A stretch of DNA of 64,000 nucleotides from an uncultured Gammaproteobacteria bacterium (GTDB taxonomy: Bacteria; Patescibacteriota; Microgenomatia; UBA8517). Positions 1 through 9,076 of the stretch are shown here, piece after piece. The translations under genes were made by a program, and so were the position numbers. The first letter of the stretch is position 1; every line of letters starts with the position of its first letter. The stretch covers positions 5,983 through 69,982 of the forward strand of contig CAZBTH010000003.1 of the NCBI GenBank assembly GCA_964494885.1. The letters run 5' to 3'. A model generated the notes under the pieces. It saw only the letters and a program-made list of their open reading frames with translations, searched no databases and had not been told where the DNA came from.

Positions 1-1
1 C

Positions 2-196
2 GAAAACCCTCGGCGCAAGGTGCTTGAAATGCTTGTCGCGTTGAAGGCACTCCAGAAGATTCTGGACGAAATCAAGGCTTCCGAAAGCACCAACAAGCCC
101 ACCGAACCGAAACAACCGCCTGCGGCGACCGGTGTGCCCAAAGTGGAATTGCCCGAAGAGTTCCAAAAGTTTTTTGACGAACGCAACTTTAAATAA
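2..196 (+). CDS. 3' end of an unknown protein (partial, runs off the window start); GC-richer than the rest of the window
   Basis: Frame-2 translation ENPRRKVLEMLVALKALQKILDEIKASES...FFDERNFK* ends in TAA at 194-196. About 53% GC. Confidence 0.5.
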   Translation, partial: ENPRRKVLEMLVALKALQKILDEIKASESTNKPTEPKQPPAATGVPKVELPEEFQKFFDERNFK

Positions 197-216
197 TTTA
201 GCAGTACTTGGGATCA

Positions 217-254
217 CACCCGTATAAGAACTTTTTATACGGGTGTTTTTTTGC
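217..254 (+). terminator. Rho-independent terminator
   Basis: ACACCCGTATAA-gaacttt-TTATACGGGTGT, a 12-bp perfect stem, followed by TTTTTTT. Confidence 0.85.
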
Positions 255-328
255 TTGCCCGTCAAAAACGCCCTTGCGATGCAAACACGGAGTATTTGAG
301 AGTAAGTAGGTTTTGGCGGGGAAAAAAG

Positions 329-724
329 CTAAAACTCAGCCACGGGCATATGAAGATGTTTTTGGATATCACGGACTTCTCCTTGAACCTTTAAATAGTT
401 TTTGTCATGAAAGTTGAATAGTTTATCGAATTTTCGATCAAGTTTGTCAATTTTTGTATTTAATTTCTTGTCAATTTTTTGAAGCTCTTTCTTAGTAGCC
501 AATGGTTCTAGATCTTTTTTTGTAGCAAGTGATTTAAGATCTTCCTTCGAGGCTAATAGTTCTAGATCTTTTTTTGCAGCAAATTGTTCTAATTCTTTCT
601 TGGTGGCAAGTAATTCAATTTCCTTTTTTGTAGCAAGCAATTTAGTTTCTGACTGTACAATCCTTTTAGTTTCTGACTGTACAATCCCTTTAATCGCCTG
701 AAGGTCCTGCTTTGTTAGTGTCAT
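329..724 (-). CDS. Coiled-coil repeat protein, hypothetical (LATKKELE-type repeats)
   Basis: ORF with repeated (L/A)ATKK(E/D)LE heptad-like units. The DNA has a perfect 23-nt tandem duplication at 649-694. Confidence 0.5.
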   Translation of the reverse strand: MTLTKQDLQAIKGIVQSETKRIVQSETKLLATKKEIELLATKKELEQFAAKKDLELLASKEDLKSLATKKDLEPLATKKELQKIDKKLNTKIDKLDRKFDKLFNFHDKNYLKVQGEVRDIQKHLHMPVAEF

Positions 725-751
725 AACTCATTAAATATCCCCCCACCCACC

Positions 752-780
752 TTGTCAATTATATCTATCCGTATTACAAT
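752..780 (+). promoter_or_regulatory. Sigma70-like promoter for the ABC exporter
   Basis: TTGTCA-N17-TACAAT, about 70 nt upstream of the ATG at 854. Confidence 0.45.
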
Positions 781-853
781 GAAATCTAGCCACAAGATCT
801 CCCCTCGGGAAGCACTTTGAACTTGGTTGAAAAGTTTTTGTGGCGTTCAAAAA

Positions 854-2632
854 ATGTTTAAAATCTTTAAACGATTCTACTGGTTCATTTGGAAGCACAA
901 GTGGTGGTTCATCCTAGCGCAGCTGGCCACGACTATTGCTATCGTGCTTGAACTCATTACCCCCTATTTCTTTAAACTTTTTGTGGAAACTCTTCAAAGG
1001 AATGACTTGAATCATCTCTATACATTAATTCTGATCTTCATTGGAGTTTTGTTCGGCAGTCTTGTTTTTGACAATCTAAAGTTTTTTCTTGGCGACATTG
1101 TCTCGGTAGACACTGCCATAGACATAAGAACAACTATATTTAAATATATTCAGGAATTGGACTTCTCGTTTCATGCCGGAAAAAGCACTGGTTCTTTGAT
1201 TAGCGCTTTCAAGCGCGGTGACAACGCCTTTTGGGGACTTTACGAGCGCCTAAACCAAAGGATGTGGCAAATTTTTATCGGTTTTTTTGTAATGGGTTAC
1301 TTTTTTCTAAAAATCGATCCACGATTCATACTTATTTTCTTTATTTCTTTCCTCCTAACACTTGTGGCAACAAAATATCTGGCCGGTATGAACATCCGTA
1401 CGCGTGAAGAGTTTAACGAATACGAAGATAAAATATCCGGCATTATCACTGATAATTTGATCAATTACGAAACGGTAAAACTTTTTGCCAAGGAAAACTG
1501 GGAAATTGAACGGCTAAGGTCTACATTTCGTGATTGGAAAAAATTTCTTTGGAGGCATTTTTATACTTATAGGTATATTGACATGAGTGTTGGAAGTTTA
1601 ATCAACCTCTCCATATTCATTGTTTTGGCCTTTTCCCTGAACTTAATTAAGGCCGGTCAAATAGGCATCGGAGATTTTATCCTTGTTGTATCTTACGTAA
1701 ATTTGTTCTTTCCCAAGCTTTTTGATCTGATTTATGGTTTGCGCGAAATCTCAACAAGTTATGCTGACATCAAAAAATACTTTGATTTGCTGGATTACGA
1801 AATAGATGTAAAAGACCCAATAAGCCCTGTAAGCAAAGATCACGTCAACGGCATAATTGAATTTAAAGATGTCTCTTTTACCTACGGCGGGCGAAGCAAA
1901 AATGCGATTAATGGTGTTGATTTGGAGATTAAAAAAGGACAATCTGTGGCTTTGGTTGGTAGAAGCGGCAGTGGTAAAACTACGTTGGCAAAACTTTTAA
2001 TGAGATTCTACGATATCGATTCCGGAGAAATAACAATCGATGGAGTAAATATTAAAGATTTTACAAAAAGTACTCTAAGGGGATTTGTCGGAGTTGTTCC
2101 CCAAGAGCCCATTCTTTTCAATAATACTATCGCCTACAACATTGGCTACGGCTTCGGACAGGGTCGTCGGACAGGGTCGGACCCTGTCAAACAACCCGCC
2201 CGGAAAGGGTCCGACCTTTCAGAAATTAGAGCAGCTTCAAAACTTGCCAATATTGATGACTTTATTGAAAGCCTAAAGAAAAAATACGATACAGAGGTCG
2301 GCGAACGCGGGGTTAAACTTTCCGGAGGCCAAAAGCAGCGCTTGGCCATAGCGCGGATGATATTAAGCGACCCCGATATTGTTGTATTTGATGAGGCTAC
2401 AAGCCATCTTGATAGCGAGAGCGAAAAACTTATTCAGGATGCGTTTTGGAAAGCCAGAAAGGGAAAAACTACCATCATCATCGCCCACCGTTTGTCTACT
2501 ATCATGAGGGCGGACAAAATTGTGGTTATGGAACATGGGCATATTAAAGAAACAGGAACTCACGAGGGATTGGTGAAGAAAAAAGACAGTTTGTATTCCC
2601 ACTTCTGGAATTTACAAATTAAATTGGACTGA
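854..2632 (+). CDS. ABC transporter permease/ATP-binding protein (MsbA-like exporter) with an in-frame palindromic insertion
   Basis: N-terminal TM domain. Walker A GRSGSGKTT, signature LSGGQKQR, Walker B IVVFDEAT, H-loop IIIAHRL. The track start at 827 is TTG; the ATG at 854 (MFKIFKRF) is more likely. Confidence 0.9.
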   Translation: MFKIFKRFYWFIWKHKWWFILAQLATTIAIVLELITPYFFKLFVETLQRNDLNHLYTLILIFIGVLFGSLVFDNLKFFLGDIVSVDTAIDIRTTIFKYIQELDFSFHAGKSTGSLISAFKRGDNAFWGLYERLNQRMWQIFIGFFVMGYFFLKIDPRFILIFFISFLLTLVATKYLAGMNIRTREEFNEYEDKISGIITDNLINYETVKLFAKENWEIERLRSTFRDWKKFLWRHFYTYRYIDMSVGSLINLSIFIVLAFSLNLIKAGQIGIGDFILVVSYVNLFFPKLFDLIYGLREISTSYADIKKYFDLLDYEIDVKDPISPVSKDHVNGIIEFKDVSFTYGGRSKNAINGVDLEIKKGQSVALVGRSGSGKTTLAKLLMRFYDIDSGEITIDGVNIKDFTKSTLRGFVGVVPQEPILFNNTIAYNIGYGFGQGRRTGSDPVKQPARKGSDLSEIRAASKLANIDDFIESLKKKYDTEVGERGVKLSGGQKQRLAIARMILSDPDIVVFDEATSHLDSESEKLIQDAFWKARKGKTTIIIAHRLSTIMRADKIVVMEHGHIKETGTHEGLVKKKDSLYSHFWNLQIKLD

Positions 2633-2684
2633 AAAAATAAACAAATCTACAAATAATCAAATAAACAAATAAATTTCAAATGAT

Positions 2685-3050
2685 TTAATGTTTTGAATTT
2701 AATATAATTTTGCTAACTATCAATAATATTTCTTGTGCCTCTTTTATATAAGGCTCAGTAAGCCTTGGATCCAACATTGATGTATCTGAAACGAGAGTAA
2801 GCCAATATTTCGTTTCTTTGGTTTCTTTTTTAACAATCGTATATTTTAAAATAAAGTCTTTGTTTGAGTTGGCTGCGTCTGCTTCCTGATCATTGGCTCC
2901 CATAGATGTAAGCGAAGCTGAAATTTGTTGGATTATTGGTATATTTTCAATATTTTTTGGGATTTTACGAACAATATTTATGAAACACTCAACCACAAAC
3001 TTATGAATCCTTACATGAATATCCTTATCTGTCCCAACATATTCATTCAT
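2685..3050 (-). CDS. Hypothetical protein
   Basis: ORF only; no recognisable motifs. Confidence 0.4.
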   Translation of the reverse strand: MNEYVGTDKDIHVRIHKFVVECFINIVRKIPKNIENIPIIQQISASLTSMGANDQEADAANSNKDFILKYTIVKKETKETKYWLTLVSDTSMLDPRLTEPYIKEAQEILLIVSKIILNSKH

Positions 3051-3109
3051 TAAATAATTCTATCATTTATTTGTAATTTGCAGATTTGACTATTTGTTTA
3101 TTGAAGTAC

Positions 3110-3325
3110 TTACTCTTCTTTACTTTGCATACCCAATAACCAGAGGACAGCTTCTTTCTTATAACGGCGATCCCCTCTTGAATTTATTCTGATTGCAGGG
3201 AGTTTGCCCCGTTTACCCCATCTTTTTATAGTTAAAGGGGAGACGCGGAGAACATCTGCAACTTCACGAACTGTTAGTAAATCCGGTAGATTCTCAAGTT
3301 TTACTTTCTTTTTTCCTTCTTCCAT
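3110..3325 (-). CDS. Helix-turn-helix DNA-binding protein, excisionase/MerR-like family
   Basis: LTVREVADVLRVSPLTIKRWGKRGKLPAIRI is a typical excisionase-family HTH. Confidence 0.65.
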   Translation of the reverse strand: MEEGKKKVKLENLPDLLTVREVADVLRVSPLTIKRWGKRGKLPAIRINSRGDRRYKKEAVLWLLGMQSKEE

Positions 3326-3398
3326 ATTTTTTGTGTTGCTTACCGAAAAGGTAGTTAGTATGTTGTATATGGTATATAGATTCTGAAATTTGCTTTCT

Positions 3399-3445
3399 CT
3401 ATATACTATATACTATATACGATATACGATATACTTTGTACCCAT
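3399..3445. repeat. ATATAC(T/G) heptamer tandem array (intergenic repeat family)
   Basis: ctATATACtATATACtATATACgATATACgATATACt. The same motif family recurs at 13205-13250, 13528-13551, 19011-19090 and 19485-19611. Confidence 0.8.
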
Positions 3446-3529
3446 CCCCTGCCTATCAACGATCTATCTTAGTCAGACAATATCAAAGCGAAACAGCTCC
3501 GTCAAGGACCAATTTACAATAATTACATA

Positions 3530-3558
3530 TTGCAAATTAAATTTCGTGTTGTTATATT
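3530..3558 (+). promoter_or_regulatory. Sigma70-like promoter for the dCMP deaminase gene
   Basis: TTGCAA-N17-TATATT, 15 nt upstream of the ATG at 3573. Confidence 0.4.
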
Positions 3559-3572
3559 GGCTGACAAATTAA

Positions 3573-4067
3573 ATGGAAAGAACTGGAGAATATATAAAAG
3601 AAGCATATAAGTTTGCGGCAGCTAATTCAACTGATCTTAGTACTCAAATCGGCGCAATTCTTGTTGATGGGTCCGGTATACCTGTAGCCTGGGGAGCAAA
3701 CCATTTCCCAAGGGGTGTTGCCGAAACTTCCGAAAGACTCCAAAGACCAGCCAAATATCTGTACGTTGCTCACGCAGAACTTGAATCAATCCTTAATGCG
3801 GCAAGAAACGGTGTAAAAACGGAAGGGCTTAGTATGTACGGCACATGGGTCGCATGCAACGAATGCGCAAAATCAATAATTGACTCAGGAATCGTTAAGG
3901 TTGTAGGGCACAAAAAAGCGATGGACGCGGCACCCGAGAGATGGCTTGAACCGATAAGAATCGCAGCAGGAATGTTTGAAGAAGCCGGAGTTGTATTTGA
4001 AAACTGGGAAGGCGATATTGGCGGAGATATTGTAATCCGCTTTAACGAACAACCATTCAAACCTTAA
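3573..4067 (+). CDS. dCMP/cytidine deaminase family protein (ComEB-like)
   Basis: Zinc motifs HAELESI and CNECAKSI (H-A-E ... C-x-x-C). Confidence 0.8.
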   Translation: MERTGEYIKEAYKFAAANSTDLSTQIGAILVDGSGIPVAWGANHFPRGVAETSERLQRPAKYLYVAHAELESILNAARNGVKTEGLSMYGTWVACNECAKSIIDSGIVKVVGHKKAMDAAPERWLEPIRIAAGMFEEAGVVFENWEGDIGGDIVIRFNEQPFKP

Positions 4068-5599
4068 AAATCGTATATTTTAGAATATTTTTCTTCCAGA
4101 TATTGAAGGTTAACGTTTGGGTCAACCCCGTACATAATTCTTTCAGAATTTTTACGGGGCGAGACTTCCATTTTATTTTTCTTCAAAAGCTCCTCCAGTG
4201 TGTACGTACTCCCATACTTATGTATCTGTTCCTTGAGCCAATGTTCTATATTTTTTATTTTTAAACTGTAATTTTGATCTTTGATTTTTGATTTTTGAAT
4301 TTGATGTTCCCATTGCGCTCCTAAAAACGTTCCAAGACTGTAAGTCGGAAAATATCCCACCGTTCCCCCACTCCAGTGGATATCCTGGAGTACCCCTTCA
4401 GAATCGTTTTTGGGAGTAATTCCCAAGTATTCCTTCATTTTTGCATTCCAAATCTCCGGTAAATCTTTGACTTTCATTTTTCCTTCGATTAGTCCTTCCT
4501 CGATTTCAAATCTAAGCATAATATGGAAGTGGTAAGTAACTTCGTCGGCCTCTACCCGAAGAAGGCTTGGGCGGACTTTGTTAAAGTAAGAAAAATAGCT
4601 GGTTACTGGTAGCTGTTTGCTGATTACTGAATCAAAATCTTTTTTAAAATAATTGATAAACTCAGAGCTTCGGCCGACAAAGTTTTCCCAAAAACGGGAT
4701 TGAGATTCATGAATTGCCAAACTTGACCCCCCACCGATCGGGGTCATTTCCAGCTCCGGTGAAGACTGTAGGTCATAAAGTGCGTGGCCAAACTCGTGAA
4801 CTACCGCCAAAAGACTTCTTCCAAAATCGCGCTCATGATACCAAGTAGTGATCCTTGTGTCCTGATTTGAAAAGGACGTGGTAAATGGATGCGCGGAGGT
4901 ATCAAGCCGGAAATTTTGGCCAAAATCTTTCCACAGGTACCTTAATATTTTGTCATTTAATCCTGACATCTTATGCCTGTCATATTTTGCATTCTCGAGC
5001 GGGTGGGTTTTAAAATAATTTGGAGATGTTACGATACTCTTTAATATATTTTGAAGTGGTTGTTTGATTTTAACGAAAAAATATTCGACCGACTTAGAAG
5101 TTAACCCTTCTTCAAATTGATCCAGAAGCGCGTCATAGGGAGAATCTTTATAGCCCAAATATTCAGCCGCTTTTTTGTTCATGTCAAAAATTTTTGACAG
5201 AGATTTTTCAAATATTTTGAAATCGTTCTTTTCCTTGGCTTCTCTCCAAATAACAGTAGCCGTATTGGTTAGCCTTTCAAAATCTTCAATAAAGTCGCTT
5301 GGTAATTTCTCGTAATATTTTAGAGATCTCAAAAGAATCCGGACCACCCCCCTTTCCTGATCGGTCATTTGCTTAATGTCCTCTGCTTTATGCAACAAAC
5401 TTACAAAGTCTTGATCAAGAAACATCTTTTGCCTGATAACCGAGAGTCTGCCAAGTGCCTCACCGCGCGCAGAAGCTCCCTTTGGAGGCATGTAAGTTTC
5501 TAGATCCCAGTGGGCGATTGCCGAGGTGTAGCTTAGTGCCCACAAATCTTTGTATTTATCCAAAATTGAGAGGATCGTTTTGTTTTTGAAAGGTTTCAT
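4064..5599 (-). CDS. Carboxypeptidase Taq-like metallopeptidase, family M32
   Basis: HEFGHALY zinc motif, HESQSRFWEN, DIHWSGG, GYFPTYSLG. Confidence 0.85.
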   Translation of the reverse strand: MKPFKNKTILSILDKYKDLWALSYTSAIAHWDLETYMPPKGASARGEALGRLSVIRQKMFLDQDFVSLLHKAEDIKQMTDQERGVVRILLRSLKYYEKLPSDFIEDFERLTNTATVIWREAKEKNDFKIFEKSLSKIFDMNKKAAEYLGYKDSPYDALLDQFEEGLTSKSVEYFFVKIKQPLQNILKSIVTSPNYFKTHPLENAKYDRHKMSGLNDKILRYLWKDFGQNFRLDTSAHPFTTSFSNQDTRITTWYHERDFGRSLLAVVHEFGHALYDLQSSPELEMTPIGGGSSLAIHESQSRFWENFVGRSSEFINYFKKDFDSVISKQLPVTSYFSYFNKVRPSLLRVEADEVTYHFHIMLRFEIEEGLIEGKMKVKDLPEIWNAKMKEYLGITPKNDSEGVLQDIHWSGGTVGYFPTYSLGTFLGAQWEHQIQKSKIKDQNYSLKIKNIEHWLKEQIHKYGSTYTLEELLKKNKMEVSPRKNSERIMYGVDPNVNLQYLEEKYSKIYDF

Positions 5600-5650
5600 C
5601 AGGAGATTTTATCACATGACATACTCTCCGCAACAAGTTGCAACTTACCT

Positions 5651-6448
5651 TTAGCATGTCTTCCTTGAATCTGCTTCATCCTTCGCTACAAGCAGCGAGG
5701 TATTTGCAGGTTCTCGAATAAAATATTTATCGATGAATTCACCCATTACTTTATTTACTTCCGCAACCACTGCCTTGTGACGGCGGTAGCCATGATCTGA
5801 ATTTAACTCGTGGAGCATTTTTGGCCCAGGAACAGATTCATATATTTCTTCAATTTCGCGGGGGGTGTAATACCTGTCGTCAGTCCCCGAGAATAATAAT
5901 TTTGGTTTCTTGCATTCTTTCAGAATAGCCAGAGTATCAAATTTTTCTCCGTCCTTAAAATATTCAATAGGTAGAGCAAATTCTTTCTGTTCCTTGGTCC
6001 TTTCACTTCCAGGTGGAATATCCCTATGCTCAATCTGAACTCCATCTTTGACAGACTTGGGAGGTGTAGGCGGTTCATACGAAGACATTACCAAAATAAT
6101 ACCGATTACATTTGGATTAACACTTGCCAATATAGCCACATTTCCACCTCGAGAGTGGCCAAGTAACAAAGTTGGCTTATTTCCATAATATTCAATTAAT
6201 TCATTAACGGCTTTAAGATAGTTGGTAGTTGTAAAAAGTTCGGTTCCTCCCGGACTTTCCCAGGTGCCGGGCGGGTCAATCGCCACAGTATAAAACCCTT
6301 TGCCGTCTAAATATTCCTGGTGGCTAACAAAATTGGCGTAATCTTTGGTATCAATCTTACCGGGAAGCATAAGAACGACTTTTGAAGCGTTTTTGTTCCC
6401 TTTTTCGTTTACCGCCAGTGTAAATGATTTAGTATTAACCAAATTCAT
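5651..6448 (-). CDS. Alpha/beta-hydrolase fold protein (dienelactone hydrolase/esterase-like)
   Basis: Nucleophile elbow LLLGHSRGG. Size and pattern fit an alpha/beta hydrolase. Confidence 0.6.
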   Translation of the reverse strand: MNLVNTKSFTLAVNEKGNKNASKVVLMLPGKIDTKDYANFVSHQEYLDGKGFYTVAIDPPGTWESPGGTELFTTTNYLKAVNELIEYYGNKPTLLLGHSRGGNVAILASVNPNVIGIILVMSSYEPPTPPKSVKDGVQIEHRDIPPGSERTKEQKEFALPIEYFKDGEKFDTLAILKECKKPKLLFSGTDDRYYTPREIEEIYESVPGPKMLHELNSDHGYRRHKAVVAEVNKVMGEFIDKYFIREPANTSLLVAKDEADSRKTC

Positions 6449-6493
6449 ACTTGAAGTATACCAAAGTCTGAAAGATGTGTTACAGCGCCTTGC

Positions 6494-6511
6494 AAGGTCG
6501 GACCTTTAAAG
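6494..6511. repeat. REP-like palindrome (upstream flank of the RAYT gene)
   Basis: AAGGTCGGACCTTTAAAG, a half-site-plus-core copy of the TTTAAAGGTCGGACCTTTAAAG palindrome. Confidence 0.8.
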
Positions 6512-6527
6512 ATAATATTTAATTAAC

Positions 6528-7217
6528 ATGCCCACAAAAAACTCCATTAAAATTTACGCAGAAAACACTATCTATCATGTTTACAATCGCGGCGTGGAAA
6601 AAAGAGATATCTTTCTAGACGAACAGGATTATAAAGTTTTTCTTGGATACCTAAAAGAATACTTGTCCCCACCCCCAAGTCTTGAAGATAGAATAAAAAA
6701 ATCTTTTACCTTAAAAGGTCGGACCTTTAAAGGTGTATCAAGACAGCCCAATAATTACTGCGAAAAAATTGATCTTTTGGCGTATTGTCTAATGCCCAAT
6801 CATTTTCACTTCATATTAAAACAAAATGATGACAAGAACACTTTGAAGGAATTTATGCGATCCCTACTTACAAGGTATTCAGTATATTTCAATAAAAAAT
6901 ATGAGCGTGTCGGATCGTTATTCCAAGGTAAATATAAAGCGATTATCGTAATGGACGAAGTCTATCTACTCCATCTGTCGAGATATATTCACATAAATCC
7001 TTATGAGATAACCAAAGATCTTGTAAACGCATATTCTTCTTATGCCGAATATTTAGGCATTAGGCACACAGATTGGATAAAACCAAAGCTTATACTTTCC
7101 TATTTTACCAATCAAAAAACGACCCCCGAATTTACAGCAATCAATACTTATAAAAGTTTCGTAGAAAATTATTTAAAAGATAATTCGAACATATTGGAAG
7201 GTCTAAGATTAGAGTAG
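6528..7217 (+). CDS. IS200/IS605-family Y1 (HuH) transposase, REP-associated tyrosine transposase (RAYT)-like
   Basis: YHVYNRGVEKRDIF, HuH motif LMPNHFHFIL, catalytic-Tyr motif RYIHINPY (compare YIYINP in E. coli RAYT). Flanked by REP palindromes and carries one internal copy. Confidence 0.85.
   Translation: MPTKNSIKIYAENTIYHVYNRGVEKRDIFLDEQDYKVFLGYLKEYLSPPPSLEDRIKKSFTLKGRTFKGVSRQPNNYCEKIDLLAYCLMPNHFHFILKQNDDKNTLKEFMRSLLTRYSVYFNKKYERVGSLFQGKYKAIIVMDEVYLLHLSRYIHINPYEITKDLVNAYSSYAEYLGIRHTDWIKPKLILSYFTNQKTTPEFTAINTYKSFVENYLKDNSNILEGLRLE
6711..6735. repeat. REP-like palindrome inserted in frame inside the RAYT gene
   Basis: TTAAAAGGTCGGACCTTTAAAGGTG, translated as LKGRTFKGV. Confidence 0.8.
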
Positions 7218-7241
7218 CTTTAAAGGTCCGACCTTTAAAGC
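7217..7241. repeat. REP-like palindrome (downstream flank of the RAYT gene)
   Basis: GCTTTAAAGGTCCGACCTTTAAAGC, a 25-nt near-perfect palindrome that overlaps the RAYT stop codon. Confidence 0.85.
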
Positions 7242-7799
7242 TTAATCGGTTTCGTATTCAATCACGACCCAAGGAGTTGGTTTATTAAAGCCGCACATTC
7301 TTAAGACATCAATTGAAGCCTCCCTATGTTTACCGTTTTCCACTCTTGAACCCCGAATTGCGATTTCGTCATTCTTAAAAAGGTTTTCATATACCACCCT
7401 ATCATGTATCACCTGCCCTAATCCATATAAATATTGCGGAAGGTTGTCGGTATGTCTTTTCAATTCACTGACATCGTGGGTTTCTGAATATTCTTTGAAT
7501 TTATGTTCAAATTCTCCGTATTCAGGATAGCCTTTAGGCTTAATTGGGTTTTGCTCTCTTAGAAACTTTGCCGACATTAATTCACCCCACGCTTGAGTAT
7601 CAATAACTCCTTGGCTATTTACAACACCCAGCTGATTAAGATACTGATTTAATAGCTGTCTAACACCGGCAGCTGCAGCCGGATCTTCGTGGCTTTTCTC
7701 TACAAGCCATGCCCAAAGCTTATCAATTTCTTCTGCACGCGTTTCCGAAGAACGCCTCTCGAATTGCTCTCCTCCTCTACCGAATCCACCCATATCCAT
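7242..7799 (-). CDS. Hypothetical protein, probably translationally coupled to the upstream UppS gene
   Basis: Its start lies 3 nt after the UppS stop. No recognisable motif. Confidence 0.45.
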   Translation of the reverse strand: MDMGGFGRGGEQFERRSSETRAEEIDKLWAWLVEKSHEDPAAAAGVRQLLNQYLNQLGVVNSQGVIDTQAWGELMSAKFLREQNPIKPKGYPEYGEFEHKFKEYSETHDVSELKRHTDNLPQYLYGLGQVIHDRVVYENLFKNDEIAIRGSRVENGKHREASIDVLRMCGFNKPTPWVVIEYETD

Positions 7800-7801
7800 T
7801 T

Positions 7802-9076
7802 TTATGCAACCCTCTCCTTCAGGGCTCTGTAATATTTTTGAAGATAATCTTCTGCTTTAGCCCAATGAGCTTCCCCCGCCCCAGCTATGGCCAAATTGCG
7901 CTCCACTGCGGCCAAGATTCGGAGGTGAGCCGCTTTTGCGGCCTGAAAAAGCGATATGCGATAGACCTCGGCATAAAGTTCTTTGGCAGTTTGCTCCGCC
8001 TCAAAAGAAGATTCCACAGAGTCCTTGCCGGCAAGCTCCCTATTCATTTTGACCTCAAGTGAGGCAACAAGTTCCGGCTCAAATGCCAGTTTGAGTTCGT
8101 CTTTCACTAATTTGTAAAATTTCTTCATTTTTCCTTTCGCCTCTATGAACTTACTTGCTTTTTCATAAACAAAGGCCTCTATTAATAGTTTTGCTGCTTG
8201 AATCGCCAGAGTCTTACTTAACCCATACTGCTCTTTGATGTGTTTCATAACATAGTCGCGGATGCGGACGCCTTCGGGAATGTTTTTGAGGCGCCACCAA
8301 GAAAGCTCCAAGCGGGCGGCGATTTCCGGATTGAATTTTAAGTGCTCCTCGGCGTCATTTCCACCAAACCTGCGCCTGCGGCGGCTAAAATCCAAAACTG
8401 CATCCTTCAATTTTTCGGGTCCAAAGTCAGGAAAATGATCGTTTTCGAAATAGTATTCGGTATAGGGTGACTGCCAAAGCAACATTCCGCTGGTTCTTTG
8501 TTCCCCGCTGGTTCTTATCATCAAATCCACATATGGATAAGGCTGGCCTTTTGTATCGAGATATTTTTCAAACAACTTTTTGTCAATACTCCCGGCAGGG
8601 ACTTTGTCTATCACCATTTTTTGAACCGCGCGGATGATTTCATCGTGTCCGCCGTAATCTATGGCAATATTCATAATGTATTTTTTATTGTCTTTTGTTT
8701 CTATTTCCGCTTTGGCAATTTTTGATAGAAGGAATTTGGGCAGACGGTCTTTTCGCCCCAGGTGAACTATTTTTACGTTGTCCTTTTTGGCATCTGACAA
8801 GTATTGATTTATCATTCTTGAATACAGCTTCATCAGATAGCCTATTTCCTCTGTGGTTCTGTCCCAGTTCTCGGTAGAGAATCCCCACAGGGTAACCGTA
8901 TGAATTCCCCAACTTCTCGACGACTTGCAAATTTCAACAGCAGTGTCAAACCCTTTTTTGTGCCCCTGAAGGGTGTTTAGCCCCCTGGCCCTTGCCCATC
9001 TGCGGTTGCCGTCGGGAATGATGGCAATATGATTTGGAACAACGGTGTCTTTGGGGAGAATTAGATTATTTGACAT
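7802..9076 (-). CDS. uppS: Undecaprenyl-diphosphate synthase (cis-prenyltransferase) with a C-terminal extension of about 190 aa
   Basis: HIAIIPDGNRRWA, plus GH..G and ENW motifs in the first 230 aa. An extra alpha-helical C-terminal domain follows. Confidence 0.85.
   Translation of the reverse strand: MSNNLILPKDTVVPNHIAIIPDGNRRWARARGLNTLQGHKKGFDTAVEICKSSRSWGIHTVTLWGFSTENWDRTTEEIGYLMKLYSRMINQYLSDAKKDNVKIVHLGRKDRLPKFLLSKIAKAEIETKDNKKYIMNIAIDYGGHDEIIRAVQKMVIDKVPAGSIDKKLFEKYLDTKGQPYPYVDLMIRTSGEQRTSGMLLWQSPYTEYYFENDHFPDFGPEKLKDAVLDFSRRRRRFGGNDAEEHLKFNPEIAARLELSWWRLKNIPEGVRIRDYVMKHIKEQYGLSKTLAIQAAKLLIEAFVYEKASKFIEAKGKMKKFYKLVKDELKLAFEPELVASLEVKMNRELAGKDSVESSFEAEQTAKELYAEVYRISLFQAAKAAHLRILAAVERNLAIAGAGEAHWAKAEDYLQKYYRALKERVA

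Larger units (their letters stand above)
6494..7241 (+). mobile_element. RAYT gene with flanking REP-like palindromes (REPIN/RAYT-type unit)
   Basis: Palindromes at 6494-6511 and 7217-7241 bracket the Y1 transposase ORF. A third copy lies at 6711-6735 inside the ORF. Confidence 0.7.

Noticed and set aside
2085-2349. Short ORFs on both strands inside the ABC transporter gene
   Set aside because: They arise from the palindromic insertion being readable on both strands, and they lie within a conserved coding region.
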